Shown here in pieces: positions 1 through 9,455 of a DNA stretch of 64,000 bases. Origin of the DNA: an uncultured Bacteroidota bacterium. Lineage in GTDB: Bacteria > Bacteroidota > Bacteroidia > Chitinophagales > Chitinophagaceae. The notes under the pieces were generated by a model, which was not told where the DNA came from, searched no databases, and saw nothing but the letters and a program-made list of their open reading frames with translations. Numbering within the stretch: position 1 is the stretch's first letter; the number at the start of each line of letters is the position of its first letter. The stretch lies in assembly GCA_963703355.1 (NCBI GenBank), contig OY969813.1, positions 800,564 to 864,563 of the forward strand. The letters run 5' to 3'. The position numbers and the translations under genes were made by a program.

Positions 1-164
1 ATTTACATAATACCTAGTTTAAACCTTCCCTTTTGCTGAATAGATGATCCATCCGATTTTTTGAAAACCATCCGACGACGATTCAGCTTCGCTATTAAAA
101 ATGTTAGGGCAGGGTCCCTGGTCAGGAACCTGCAATTTTCAGTAAACATTTAAAACAAATAGCA

Positions 165-1322
165 ATGGTCCAAAACTTAAAACTGCTTATTCTCGCTGTC
201 GTCACTTTTGTTTGTATTCAGGTCGAGGGACAAGATTCCACAAAAATGGCCGCCCCTGCCCCTAAGGTTGATAGTGTGCCTCCGTCGCCGGCGACGACTT
301 TTTCCGGATCTCTTGACTTGTATTACCGTTACAATTTTGGCAACGCACATTCGAGCGTTAACAATGGTACTGGTAACCCTTTTGCGTACACAAATAACTA
401 TACCAGCTTCACCAATTCTCAGAATTCTTTCGAACTCGGTATGGCTACGATCCGCGCAGATCACACCTGGCAAAAAGGTGGTGTTACCGTAGAATTGGGA
501 TTCGGAAGAAGAGCTCAGGAGTTTTCCTATAACGATGGAAATACCAACGGCTATTTGTCTCTGGCCAATGTAGTTCAGGCTTTTGTTTACTATAATATTA
601 CCGACAAGATTAAAATCACGATGGGTAAATGGGGAACCCACATCGGTTACGAAGTGGTAGATGCAGCTTCAAACAGGAACTACTCCATGAGTTACATGTT
701 TTCCTATGGTCCGTTCTTTAATACAGGAATTAAAGCTGACATCGCTATCGCCGGGAAAACGGCCATCATGGTGGGTATATCCAATCCCACTGACAATTCA
801 ACTACAACAGCCGTACAGAAAATGGCCATTGCCCAGTTGAGCACTGCAACACCCGATAACAAATGGAAATTCTACCTGAATTATCAGGGAGGCCATAATT
901 CCGCTTATACCTCTTTAAATCAGTTTGATCTTGTGTTGACAGGTACTGTTACGGATAAATTTGGTGTTGGTTTTAATGCAACCGATCAGATTATCAAACA
1001 GGATTCAAATTCTACTACCGGTAATTTTTGGGGAGCAGCTCTTTATCTGAATGTTGACCCAAGCCCGGTGTTTGGCGCAACACTCAGAGCAGAATACTTC
1101 GACAACAAAGACGGTACTGCAGTATTCCCTTTGATGACTGGAAACTATATGGAATATACATTAACTGGTCAGATACATCTGGGCAAATTAACCGTCATGC
1201 CGGAGTTGCGTCTTGATAATTCAAGTGTGGATGCGTTTTACAAAAATTCCGACACGTTTATTACGGGACCAACATCCAAGAGTACGTTTTCCGCACTACT
1301 TGCAGCAACTTATGTCTTTTAA
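165..1322 (+). CDS. putative outer-membrane beta-barrel porin, co-oriented just upstream of the ammonium transporter
   Basis: 385-aa ORF with an N-terminal signal peptide (MVQNLKLLILAVVTFVCIQVEG). Composition is Gly/Tyr/Asn/Thr-rich and beta-strand-like, and it ends in an aromatic residue (...LAATYVF). Family not recognised beyond this. Confidence 0.5.
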   Translation: MVQNLKLLILAVVTFVCIQVEGQDSTKMAAPAPKVDSVPPSPATTFSGSLDLYYRYNFGNAHSSVNNGTGNPFAYTNNYTSFTNSQNSFELGMATIRADHTWQKGGVTVELGFGRRAQEFSYNDGNTNGYLSLANVVQAFVYYNITDKIKITMGKWGTHIGYEVVDAASNRNYSMSYMFSYGPFFNTGIKADIAIAGKTAIMVGISNPTDNSTTTAVQKMAIAQLSTATPDNKWKFYLNYQGGHNSAYTSLNQFDLVLTGTVTDKFGVGFNATDQIIKQDSNSTTGNFWGAALYLNVDPSPVFGATLRAEYFDNKDGTAVFPLMTGNYMEYTLTGQIHLGKLTVMPELRLDNSSVDAFYKNSDTFITGPTSKSTFSALLAATYVF

Positions 1323-1418
1323 TAAAATTTTTGGTTTGACAAATATTCAAAAACTTATATGGCCGGAACCTGACAGGTATTTGAATACATCATTTACTCA
1401 ATTTCAATCAACTCAACT

Positions 1419-2945
1419 ATGCTATTCCTAAAAAACATCAGCAAAACAGCAACGCCTTCCATTTGCGTTCCACTAACCAAATCTCAGAAATGGAAAATCG
1501 GAATTGGAATCTTCGGTGGAAAAATTATCGGATTACTTGTGGTGCTCGCAGCAATGAGATTAATTCCATCTTTACTGGCAACGAAAGCACTGGCAGGAGA
1601 TACGTACACTGCCCATGAAACTGCTCAAATGAATTCAATTAATACGGTGTGGACACTCGTTGCGGCGTTCCTCGTATTCGGTATGCAGGCAGGATTCGTA
1701 ATGCTGGAAGCTGGTTTTGCAAGGGCCAGGGAAACAGTGAATGTTTTAATGGAATGTATTTTTGATACCTGTTTGTGTGGACTGCTTTTTTACGCAATCG
1801 GGTATTCATTCATGTTCAGTCATGGAAATGGCTTTATAGGAATGAATTGGTTTTTCTTACAGGGCGGACCTGCTACTTATGAAACAACAGGCATTCCACT
1901 TCTGGCACATTGGATTTTTCAATTCGCATTTGCTGATACATGTTCTACCATTGTTTCCGGAGCAATGATCGGACGTACCGCTTTCAGAGGCGATATCATT
2001 TACAGTATCGGTATAACCGGATTTATTTATCCAATCATCGGACATTGGGCCTGGGGACCAGACGGATTCCTTGCAACAATGGGAAGCACTGGCATGTTCC
2101 TGCCAAGTCTGGGTCAGCCTTTCAGAGATTTTGCCGGATCAACAGTTGTACACACCATCGGAGGTATTGCTTCTCTTGCAGGAGCCGTGGTTCTTGGACC
2201 AAGAATTGGACGCATATTCAAAAGAGATGGTGGTGGTATGCCTGCACCTCATAATCTGACTGTAGCAGCCGTAGGAGGTTTTATCCTTTGGTTTGGATGG
2301 TATGGTTTTAACCCGGGAAGCACATTATCAGCTATGGATGCTGATGGTATAGGACGCGTTGCAACGAATACTACGCTTGCGGCTTGTGCAGCGGGTATGA
2401 CAGCAATGTATATGGCTCTCTGGTTCGGTGATACAAAAGGAAAATTCGACCTCGGATATACAGTGAATGGATTTTTGGGCGGTCTGGTCGCTATCACTTG
2501 TCCATGCTATTGGGTTAGCCCGCTCGGCGCAGTACTTCTTGGTGCGGTTGCAGGTATAGTGGTGTGGATTGGTGTGAATCTCCTGGAATATCTCAGAATA
2601 GATGATCCAATTGGAGCGGTAGCTGTACATGGTTTCGCGGGTATATGGGGCACATTGTCCCTCGGATTATTTGCAGCAGGGTTTGGAGCTACAGGTCCAA
2701 CTGGGGCCGACCTTTCTTCACCTGTTAAAGGTTTATTTTACGGAGGAGGTATAGGAGTTTTAAAGGCGCAATTTGTTGGAAGTGCTATTATCACCATTGC
2801 AACTTTCGTCGTAACATTTATTATGATGTGGCTCATAAAACAGCTACCCCACCCTTATAATTTAAGAGTAGAAGAAAAAGGTGAAACAGGTCCGGGCGGT
2901 CTGGATATGTTTGACCATGGTACTTCAGCGTATCCTGCTCAATAG
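1419..2945 (+). CDS. amtB: ammonium transporter (Amt/MEP family)
   Basis: 508-aa polytopic membrane ORF with Amt-type motifs FGMQAGFVMLEAGF, FGWYGFNPGS and AVHGFAGIWGTLSLGLFA. The start codon is uncertain. Confidence 0.9.
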   Translation: MLFLKNISKTATPSICVPLTKSQKWKIGIGIFGGKIIGLLVVLAAMRLIPSLLATKALAGDTYTAHETAQMNSINTVWTLVAAFLVFGMQAGFVMLEAGFARARETVNVLMECIFDTCLCGLLFYAIGYSFMFSHGNGFIGMNWFFLQGGPATYETTGIPLLAHWIFQFAFADTCSTIVSGAMIGRTAFRGDIIYSIGITGFIYPIIGHWAWGPDGFLATMGSTGMFLPSLGQPFRDFAGSTVVHTIGGIASLAGAVVLGPRIGRIFKRDGGGMPAPHNLTVAAVGGFILWFGWYGFNPGSTLSAMDADGIGRVATNTTLAACAAGMTAMYMALWFGDTKGKFDLGYTVNGFLGGLVAITCPCYWVSPLGAVLLGAVAGIVVWIGVNLLEYLRIDDPIGAVAVHGFAGIWGTLSLGLFAAGFGATGPTGADLSSPVKGLFYGGGIGVLKAQFVGSAIITIATFVVTFIMMWLIKQLPHPYNLRVEEKGETGPGGLDMFDHGTSAYPAQ

Positions 2946-2986
2946 TAATGGGTCCTTATTTGGAATAATTATTAGCCCAATGCAAA

Positions 2987-3018
2987 GCCGTTCCGCTTAC
3001 AGCGGAACGGCTTTTTTA
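2987..3018 (+). terminator. intrinsic terminator after amtB
   Basis: GCCGTTCCGC-ttaca-GCGGAACGGC hairpin followed by TTTTTT, about 40 nt after the amtB stop. Confidence 0.8.
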
Positions 3019-3273
3019 TTTCTACACAACATAGATAATGCAGTTTTAATGGTAAAATCGCCTGAATTCATAAAAAAGTTGAAAATATCTTTAAAATAAA
3101 AAACACACATATTTGGTGGCAAAAGCAAACAGACAGGGCTTAGTGTAGTTAATACATACTTTTTTTTAAAATGAGTCCGAATGAATAAATAAAATCCGGC
3201 AATAAAATTTATATATACTGTTTTACAATACGTTACGCATTGGTACATAGTAGTTAATAATGAAAAAATGATA

Positions 3274-3281
3274 TAATTTTG
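3274..3281 (+). promoter_or_regulatory. candidate Bacteroidota sigma-A -7 box (TAATTTTG)
   Basis: Exact match to TAnnTTTG, 32 nt upstream of the ATG at 3313. Confidence 0.35.
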
Positions 3282-3312
3282 ACTCATTAATTGAAAAACT
3301 AAAAAAACCTCA

Positions 3313-3519
3313 ATGAAAAATTTACTTAAAGCTACCAGCTATACTCTGGCAACTGCATTCGTTTTTGTTATTTCCCAGTCTTCTGTTTTAGCAGCTTCTG
3401 GTTCTAATGATTCTTCTTTAACCGGCACGCAGGTTATCGGAGGAGTTGCACTTTTAGTTGCAGCTATCATTGTACCTACAATGAAGAGTGCGCGTAAGGC
3501 AAATGCTAACAATAATTAA
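3313..3519 (+). CDS. small secreted/membrane-anchored protein, function unknown
   Basis: 68 aa: signal peptide, Ser-rich linker, C-terminal hydrophobic helix (GGVALLVAAIIVP) and a basic tail (KSARKAN). It has its own -7 box and a strong terminator. Confidence 0.45.
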   Translation: MKNLLKATSYTLATAFVFVISQSSVLAASGSNDSSLTGTQVIGGVALLVAAIIVPTMKSARKANANNN

Positions 3520-3564
3520 GCAAAGCAAATAACTAAAGAATAACTGGAGTCAAATCTGGTAATA

Positions 3565-3594
3565 CCGTCCGGCGCTTAGCGGGACGGTTTTTTT
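3565..3594 (+). terminator. intrinsic terminator after the 68-aa ORF
   Basis: CCGTCCGGCGC-tta-GCGGGACGG hairpin followed by TTTTTTT. Confidence 0.75.
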
Positions 3595-3604
3595 ATTCGT
3601 TTTT

Positions 3605-4291
3605 TTACGACCTGATTCTTTCCATCGCCCATTTAAGGGCGAGGTGATATTGCTCCTGGGGAGATAAGTTGGAATTGTCTAAAACAATAGCATCCCTGGC
3701 CTGCCTGAGCGGACTAATCTCGCGATGAGAATCGATATAATCTCTCATTTCAAGATTGTTTTTTACTTCTTCAATTGATATGTTTGGATTCTTTTGGTAG
3801 AGTTCCCGAAATCGTCTTTCAACCCTGACTGCTTTGTCAGCAGTCATAAAGATTTTCAGTTCCGCCTTCGGAAAAACCACCGTACCGATATCTCTCCCGT
3901 CCATAACTATGGAACGATTGCGACCCAGCGACTGTTGCCGTTTTACTGCGAATTCACGAACTTCTTTAATGGCTGCTACCTCACTTACCTTTTCTGCTAC
4001 TACAAGGTCGCGAATCAGATACTCAACATTTTCACCATTCAATAGTATTTCAGAATTCTTTGAGATTTCATTGTGCACAAATTCAATATTAATATCAGCA
4101 AGCGCGCTAATAACGGCTTTCGAATCTGTCCAGTCAACGTGGTTTCGTAAAAAATACAGCGTGATGGCGCGGTACATGGCCCCACTGTCTATATAAGTGT
4201 ATTTAAGTTTTGAAGCAAGCTGCCTGGCCAAAGTACTCTTCCCGCAGGATGACCAGCCGTCGATAGTTATAATGATATTTTTTTCAGACAT
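3605..4291 (-). CDS. cmk: cytidylate kinase
   Basis: 228 aa with a P-loop (IDGWSSCGKSTLARQLA) followed by YIDSGAMYRA, as in (d)CMP kinases. Confidence 0.9.
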   Translation of the reverse strand: MSEKNIIITIDGWSSCGKSTLARQLASKLKYTYIDSGAMYRAITLYFLRNHVDWTDSKAVISALADINIEFVHNEISKNSEILLNGENVEYLIRDLVVAEKVSEVAAIKEVREFAVKRQQSLGRNRSIVMDGRDIGTVVFPKAELKIFMTADKAVRVERRFRELYQKNPNISIEEVKNNLEMRDYIDSHREISPLRQARDAIVLDNSNLSPQEQYHLALKWAMERIRS

Positions 4292-4310
4292 AACAATTAC
4301 CGTACTGCAA

Positions 4311-4359
4311 ATAAAAGATTTGCCACGGAAACACGGAAATTTCCGTGCGCCGTGGCAAA
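4311..4359 (-). terminator. nested-hairpin terminator downstream of clpC
   Basis: On the minus strand, outer stem TTTGCCACGG/CCGTGGCAAA encloses the perfect palindrome CACGGAAATTTCCGTG and is followed by TCTTTTATTT. It lies 24 nt after the clpC stop. Confidence 0.5.
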
Positions 4360-4382
4360 TAATATATAGAAATCATCCTTCT

Positions 4383-6908
4383 TTAAACCTCCGAAGCCTC
4401 TTTCTCTTTTTCTTTCAATGTAAACTTAATCTTCGATTCCGCTTTATCCAGATCTGCGATCATCACATCACCGTTCTTGATACTCATGTTCAGTATCTCT
4501 TCTGCCAGTGGATCTTCCAGATACTTCTGTATGGCCCTGTGTAACGGCCTGGCACCGAATTGTTGGTCATACCCTTTTTCAGCGATAAAACTTTTTGCTT
4601 CGGCTGTTAATTCCAATGTAAACCCAAGCTGTATAAGTCTCTTCATAACTCCCTTCATCAGGATGTCAATGATATTGAAAATATTTTCTCTTGTCAGTGA
4701 GTTGAATATTACTATATCATCAACCCTGTTCAGAAACTCAGGACTGAAAGTTCTCTTGAGTGCTTTTTCAATAACCTGTTTGTTATTTTCATCAGCATTA
4801 GCCGTTCTTGCCGAAGTTGCAAATCCAACACCATCGCCAAAATCCTTTAGTTGTCTGGCTCCGATATTAGAAGTCATAATAATCAATGTATTCTTGAAGT
4901 CTATCTTTCTTCCCAAACCATCTGTGAGTTGACCATCATCCAATACCTGTAACAAGATATTGTATATATCAGGATGCGCCTTTTCAATTTCATCCAGCAG
5001 AATGACACTGTATGGCTTTCTCCTCACTTTTTCAGTTAGCTGCCCACCCTCTTCATATCCTACATATCCCGGAGGCGCGCCAATTAACCTGCTCACCGTA
5101 AATTTTTCCATGTATTCGCTCATGTCAATACGCACCAGCGAATCTTCTGAATCGAACATATACCTGGCAAGAGCACGCGCAAGTTCTGTTTTACCAACAC
5201 CTGTGGGTCCCAGGAATATAAATGTTCCAATAGGTTTCTTCGGATCTTTTAGTCCAACACGATTTCTCTGGATGGCTTTTACCACTTTCAATATCGCTTC
5301 ATTTTGTCCAACCACCATCGACTCCATGTCGACAGACATATTTTTTAATTTCTCACTTTCTGCCTGTACCATTCTTTTCACAGGAATGCCCGTCATCATA
5401 CTTACCACCTCTGCAATATTTTCCTCATCGATGGGATATCTCCGATGTTTGCTTTCTTCCTCCCATTCGAGTTTTGCTTTTTCCAGTTCTTCCTGCAAAC
5501 GTTTTTCTGCATCACGCAGAGACGCAGCTTCTTCAAACTTCTGACTCTTCACAACCTTGTTCTTCTCGTTTTTAACTTCCTCTATTTTCTTTTCAAATTC
5601 AACGATATTTTGAGGAACATTTATATTTTTCAAATGAACCCTGGCACCTACTTCATCCAATACATCGATTGCTTTGTCAGGAAGCAGTCTGTCTGTCATA
5701 TACCGGTCGCTTAACTTAACACAGGCAAGTATGGCTTCTTCTGAATACGTTACGTTATGATAATCCTCATACTTGGATTTGATGTTTTCCAAAATCTGAA
5801 TTGTTTCATCAACGCTCGGTGGATCGATCATTACTTTCTGGAAACGACGATCCAGCGCACCATCCTTCTCGATATACATTCTGTACTCATCCAGCGTGGA
5901 AGCGCCTATGCATTGCAGTTCGCCCCTTGCAAGAGCAGGTTTGAATATGTTAGAAGCATCCAGTGAACCTGAAGCGCCTCCGGCACCGACGATCGTATGT
6001 ATTTCGTCAATGAATAAAATCACATCCCTGTTTTTTTCCAGTTCGTTCATGATCGCTTTCATGCGTTCCTCAAACTGCCCGCGATATTTAGTGCCGGCAA
6101 CAAGTGCTGCCAGATCCAGTGATATCACACGTTTGTCAAATAAAACACGGGATACTTTGCGCTGCACAATACGAAGCGCAAGGCCTTCTACAATGGCTGT
6201 TTTACCTACACCGGGTTCACCAATAAGAATCGGATTATTTTTTTTGCGTCTAGACAGGATCTGAGAAACCCTTTCGATTTCTTCCTCCCTCCCTACAATG
6301 GGGTCCAGAGAATTCATCTCCGCCAGACGCGTTATGTCCCTTCCAAAATTGTCCAGTACCGGAGTTTTGCTTTTTGCATTTCCGGCAGGACGCGCTTTCT
6401 GCTGTGCATATTTCTTTTCATCATCGAAATCGTCATCGTTCTCTTCAGCATATTCGCTTCGGGTATCATTACTTTTAACAACACCCAGTTCATTTCTGAA
6501 TAAATCGTAATCCACGTCGAATTGATTTAAGATTTGAGTTGCGATGTTTTCTTTGTTTTTCAGAATAGACAACATCAGGTGTTCAGTTTCCACAGTCGGA
6601 CTCTTCAAAGCTTTCGCTTCCAGTACCGTAACCCTGATTACTTTCTCCGCCTGCTTGGTAAGCGGAAGACTGTTAATATTTGCAATGTTTTTCCCCGTCT
6701 TATCTTTTACAGCTAGTTCCACCTCTTTGCGGAGTTCGTAAAGGTCCACATTGAAACTTTTCAGGATGCGAACCGCCGTGTTGTCGCCCTCCCTGATCAG
6801 CCCCAGAAGCAAATGCTCTGTACCGATAAAATCGTTTCCTAACCTTAAGGCTTCTTCCCTGCTGAACGAAATAATCTCTTTAACCTGGGCCGAAAAATTA
6901 TTATCCAT
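4383..6908 (-). CDS. clpC: ATP-dependent Clp protease ATP-binding subunit (ClpC-type AAA+ chaperone)
   Basis: 841 aa with N-terminal Clp repeats. Two Walker A sites are present ([15 protein letters not shown] and [15 protein letters not shown]), plus a coiled-coil linker between the AAA modules. Confidence 0.9.
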   Translation of the reverse strand: MDNNFSAQVKEIISFSREEALRLGNDFIGTEHLLLGLIREGDNTAVRILKSFNVDLYELRKEVELAVKDKTGKNIANINSLPLTKQAEKVIRVTVLEAKALKSPTVETEHLMLSILKNKENIATQILNQFDVDYDLFRNELGVVKSNDTRSEYAEENDDDFDDEKKYAQQKARPAGNAKSKTPVLDNFGRDITRLAEMNSLDPIVGREEEIERVSQILSRRKKNNPILIGEPGVGKTAIVEGLALRIVQRKVSRVLFDKRVISLDLAALVAGTKYRGQFEERMKAIMNELEKNRDVILFIDEIHTIVGAGGASGSLDASNIFKPALARGELQCIGASTLDEYRMYIEKDGALDRRFQKVMIDPPSVDETIQILENIKSKYEDYHNVTYSEEAILACVKLSDRYMTDRLLPDKAIDVLDEVGARVHLKNINVPQNIVEFEKKIEEVKNEKNKVVKSQKFEEAASLRDAEKRLQEELEKAKLEWEEESKHRRYPIDEENIAEVVSMMTGIPVKRMVQAESEKLKNMSVDMESMVVGQNEAILKVVKAIQRNRVGLKDPKKPIGTFIFLGPTGVGKTELARALARYMFDSEDSLVRIDMSEYMEKFTVSRLIGAPPGYVGYEEGGQLTEKVRRKPYSVILLDEIEKAHPDIYNILLQVLDDGQLTDGLGRKIDFKNTLIIMTSNIGARQLKDFGDGVGFATSARTANADENNKQVIEKALKRTFSPEFLNRVDDIVIFNSLTRENIFNIIDILMKGVMKRLIQLGFTLELTAEAKSFIAEKGYDQQFGARPLHRAIQKYLEDPLAEEILNMSIKNGDVMIADLDKAESKIKFTLKEKEKEASEV

Positions 6909-6943
6909 TTTTAACTAATTGAGCTTAATACAATAATAACGAA

Positions 6944-6951
6944 TATTTTTG
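6944..6951 (+). promoter_or_regulatory. candidate -7 box (TATTTTTG)
   Basis: Matches TAnnTTTG, 29 nt upstream of the ATG at 6980. Confidence 0.35.
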
Positions 6952-6979
6952 ATTACTGTTTTCCATGGTTTATTAACGT

Positions 6980-7369
6980 ATGTTAACAATGCCGGTTGAA
7001 ATGAAAGTCAAAATTAGTACCAACGGGAAATTCCATGCCATTACTGTACTTGAACCCATTTTGGCTGCTAATATGACAGCAGCACTTCAGCATCTTTGCG
7101 AGCCTTTCCTAACACAGGATGTAAAAAATCTACTCCTCAATTTAAAAGACATTCAAAAAATGGATTCTGCTGCTGCTCACGTTCTCCTCGAATTAAGAAA
7201 CCTCTTTTTCACTAACCGTGCTTCATTTGTTCTCTGCGAATTACAACCTTCCGTTAAAAAATATTTCGAACAAAATGAACAATTTGAATTATTGCAGATA
7301 GCCCCCACACAGAGTGAAGCTTCTGATATCATATTCATGGAAGAAATCGAAAGGGAGTTTACGGACTGA
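6980..7369 (+). CDS. STAS-domain protein (anti-sigma-factor-antagonist-like)
   Basis: 129 aa with a layout resembling the SpoIIAA/STAS fold (...LLLNLKDIQKMDSAAAHVLLEL...). No partner kinase or phosphatase is adjacent. Confidence 0.55.
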   Translation: MLTMPVEMKVKISTNGKFHAITVLEPILAANMTAALQHLCEPFLTQDVKNLLLNLKDIQKMDSAAAHVLLELRNLFFTNRASFVLCELQPSVKKYFEQNEQFELLQIAPTQSEASDIIFMEEIEREFTD

Positions 7370-7491
7370 TTCAGAGGGTGCGGATATTATGCTAACGATC
7401 AAATCTCTTTCCTATTACTTTTTGTATTATTTTTCGGCAGATATCCGGAAACAACCGTTTCCGACCGTTCGATCATACCTAAATCAAGCCT

Positions 7492-8394
7492 GTGCTCGCA
7501 GTTACAATTCTCGGCAATAATTCTGCCATACCGGCTTTCGACAGGCACCCCACCGCCCAGGTGATCACCCTCGATGATCACTTATTCCTGGTCGACTGCG
7601 GTGAGGGGACACAAACACAAATGAATAAATACAAGATCCGCAGAAGCCGGATCAACCACATTTTTATATCCCATCTCCATGGAGATCACTACTTCGGACT
7701 CATCGGTCTGATCACCAGCATGGGCTTGCTGGGACGTCATCAGGACCTTAACTTATATGGGCCCGCGGAATTAATTGAAATTTTTAATCTGCAGCTTAAA
7801 GTGGCAGATACACAGCTCCCATTCAATTTGCACTTCCAGCCACTGAATAAGGAAGGAATTATAGTAAAAGACAATCGTTATGAGGTGAGTTGCTTCAAAG
7901 TATTTCACAGGATAGAATGCTGGGGCTTCATTTTCCGGCAAATACGGGCGCCCAGAAGGGTAAACCCTGAAAAAGCCAGGTTAGCGGGCATCCCTTCATC
8001 TTTTTTTGAGCATCTGAAATGGGGCGAAAATTACGAAGATAAGCACGGCTTAATCATCGAAAACACCAATGTCACCGAGCCTGCACCGAAACCCAAATCA
8101 TATGCCTATTCGGCAGATACAATTTACAATCCTGATATCGCTTCAAAGGTAAAAGGAGTGAATATGCTCTATCATGAAACCACGTATTTGAAAGATCTGG
8201 AAGAAAGAGCAGGGAAGCGATTTCATTGTACAACGACTCAGGCAGCATCAATTGCTAAAACGGCCGATGTAACGCGACTTCTCATAGGTCATTTCAGTTC
8301 CAAATATGATAGTCTGGATGAATTTGAGAGAGAAACGAGGGAAATTTTTCCCAATACGGACCTGGCACTCGAGGGGGTAACTTATCTGGTCTAG
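7492..8394 (+). CDS. rnz: ribonuclease Z (tRNA 3' endonuclease, metallo-beta-lactamase fold)
   Basis: 300 aa with a GTG start, the HLHGDH zinc motif and N-terminal ILGNNSAIPAFDRHPTAQ typical of RNase Z. Confidence 0.85.
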   Translation: MLAVTILGNNSAIPAFDRHPTAQVITLDDHLFLVDCGEGTQTQMNKYKIRRSRINHIFISHLHGDHYFGLIGLITSMGLLGRHQDLNLYGPAELIEIFNLQLKVADTQLPFNLHFQPLNKEGIIVKDNRYEVSCFKVFHRIECWGFIFRQIRAPRRVNPEKARLAGIPSSFFEHLKWGENYEDKHGLIIENTNVTEPAPKPKSYAYSADTIYNPDIASKVKGVNMLYHETTYLKDLEERAGKRFHCTTTQAASIAKTADVTRLLIGHFSSKYDSLDEFERETREIFPNTDLALEGVTYLV

Positions 8395-8407
8395 AACAAA
8401 CATTATT

Positions 8408-9376
8408 TTAGATATCCCTCTCTATTAAATACACAGCGAGATCTCTTAATGCCTTTTTATTTTCTTCGGGAACCGCTATTTCCTGCAGGTGATTAAAAGC
8501 GGTTTCCATATATTGTTTTTTTACTGATTGTGCTTCATGATCCACTCCCAATCTGCGATATATTTCAATCATACGCTCAATTTTTTGAGATGGAGATGAG
8601 GAAAGTAGATCACGGATTATTTTTTTCTGTTCGGCATTTCCTTTTTCAAGTGCCTTAACCAAAAGAAAAGTTTTTTTATTGGACTGAATATCTCCGCCTA
8701 TTTGTTTTCCAAAAGTTGACAAATCACCAAAACTATCGAGCCAGTCGTCCTGTATCTGAAAAGCAAGACCGATATTTTTTCCATATTCATAAATATGCCG
8801 CTGATCGGATACAGGTGCGGAAGCAACAATGGCACCCATCTCCAGACTGGCAGCCAGAAATACGGCCGTCTTCAATTCGATCATGAAAAGATACTGGCTC
8901 AGTTCGATGGATGCTTCATTTTCAAAATCCATATCCATCTGTTGTCCTTCACAAACCTCTCTTCCTGTTTTGTTTAGTAAACGGATAAGATCGTTTATTT
9001 TATCCGATCCGCTTTCATTCAGATATTCATATGCCTGCAGCAACATCACGTCGCCGGCCAGCAGCGCAGTCGAATCATCATATTTTGCATGGACTGTTTC
9101 TTTTCCTCTTCTCAGAGGCGCTTTGTCCATAATATCATCGTGGATAAGTGTAAAATTGTGAAACAACTCGAGTGTGCACGCGATCTTCCACGCCTCAGGT
9201 TTAATTGGACTAAACAACTCATTGCCCATAAGGCAAAGTACCGGCCTGATTCTTTTGCCGCCGTCTTCAAGCATATATGACGCGGCACCATAAAGCCTTT
9301 CAGGCTTATCCGGAAAATGTTTTTTGCTGAAGTATGAATTGAACTCTTTAGATAATTCCTGAAAGCGCAAAATCAA
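8408..9376 (-). CDS. polyprenyl diphosphate synthase (trans-isoprenyl diphosphate synthase family)
   Basis: 322 aa with both Asp-rich motifs (LIHDDIMD and QIQDDWLD). Chain-length specificity cannot be judged. Confidence 0.85.
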   Translation of the reverse strand: MILRFQELSKEFNSYFSKKHFPDKPERLYGAASYMLEDGGKRIRPVLCLMGNELFSPIKPEAWKIACTLELFHNFTLIHDDIMDKAPLRRGKETVHAKYDDSTALLAGDVMLLQAYEYLNESGSDKINDLIRLLNKTGREVCEGQQMDMDFENEASIELSQYLFMIELKTAVFLAASLEMGAIVASAPVSDQRHIYEYGKNIGLAFQIQDDWLDSFGDLSTFGKQIGGDIQSNKKTFLLVKALEKGNAEQKKIIRDLLSSSPSQKIERMIEIYRRLGVDHEAQSVKKQYMETAFNHLQEIAVPEENKKALRDLAVYLIERDI

Positions 9377-9416
9377 TTATGAATTTAATTATCAATTTCG
9401 AAATCTATTCTTCGTG

Positions 9417-9455
9417 CACTCTCACACTCTCACACGCTCACACTTTCACACTTTC
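9417..9455 (-). repeat. 8-nt tandem stutter tract abutting the rnr stop codon
   Basis: The minus strand reads TAA-GAAAGTG-TGAAAGTG-TGAGCGTG-TGAGAGTG-TGAGAGTG, about five drifting copies. Confidence 0.85.

Noticed and set aside
4477-6741. Series of plus-strand ORFs (60-194 aa) across the clpC locus.
   Set aside because: They are all antisense to a well-supported 841-aa ClpC CDS. They have low-complexity Ser/Phe/Leu-rich translations typical of the reverse frame of a Lys/Glu-rich gene, and no independent signals.
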